Made by a program: the position numbers and the translations under genes. Source: Candidatus Levybacteria bacterium RIFCSPHIGHO2_01_FULL_36_15 (GTDB taxonomy: Bacteria > Patescibacteriota > Microgenomatia > Levybacterales > GWA1-39-11). From it: a DNA stretch of 62,004 bases. Positions 61,849 through 62,004 of the stretch are shown one piece after another. Position 1 is the stretch's first letter. Each line of letters starts with the position of its first letter. The notes beneath the pieces are model-generated. The model searched no databases, had not been told where the DNA came from, and saw only the letters and a list, made by a program, of their open reading frames with translations. The stretch covers positions 1-62,004 of the forward strand of contig MFNJ01000048.1 in assembly GCA_001782015.1 (NCBI GenBank). Direction: 5' to 3'.

Positions 61849-62004
61849 TTATTTTCACCTCCCTTCTATGTTAAGTTTCTAAAAATGGAATTTAGAGTTT
61901 ATGAATTTTATTTATATAAAAGTTACTTGAAGTTTTACGAAGAAATTGACTAAGATATCCTGCCATAGACATAAATAAACTTTAGCAAACTATTTTTATA
62001 AAGT

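Noticed and set aside
1-62004. Alternative genetic code (UGA recoding, as in some CPR lineages)
   Set aside because: TGA terminates many ORFs at family-typical lengths and forms ATGA start/stop overlaps across the glycan island. Conserved proteins (RuvB, enolase, GDH) are full length under code 11.

Overview
The window is AT-rich and tightly packed, and uses the standard genetic code (TGA ends many ORFs, and ATGA start/stop overlaps are common). It contains RuvABC, RarA, enolase, glutamate dehydrogenase, two S11 DD-carboxypeptidases, an LCP-family protein, a sortase, small RRM proteins, many glycosyltransferases and many hypothetical secreted or membrane proteins. I saw no outer-membrane or respiratory genes. 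By inference only, this fits a reduced, Gram-positive-like genome of the Patescibacteria/CPR type. Layout: (1) 1-300, a minus-strand tRNA cluster in which an intact tRNA-Pro(UGG) sits between the two halves of a second tRNA-Pro-like gene. (2) 1.2-19.5 kb, a co-directional 13-gene glycan island with unusual fusions, followed at 19.6-20.8 kb by a Ser-rich LAxTG protein and a sortase. (3) 20.8-29 kb, housekeeping genes: ruvBAC, a PLD-like protein, tRNA-Ala, rarA, tRNA-Leu, a DD-carboxypeptidase, a PIG-L deacetylase and gdh. (4) 29-31 kb, small stress-type genes and an orphan YeaH/DUF444. (5) 31.5-34.8 kb, a convergent OmpR-type regulator and GAF histidine kinase, then a second DD-carboxypeptidase. 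(6) 35.1-38.7 kb, two paralogous secreted proteins built from an N/S/T/G/D-rich repeat module I cannot assign to a named family. This is my best candidate for an undescribed surface structure. (7) 39-62 kb, mixed envelope and housekeeping genes. These include a compact multi-hairpin element upstream of eno, several further GT-C enzymes, a minimal kinase-like protein, and two RRM-protein operons that share a promoter and a roughly 175-nt structured leader. No CRISPR array, rRNA, transposase or integrase was recognised. Family assignments come from motifs read in the supplied translations, not from database searches.
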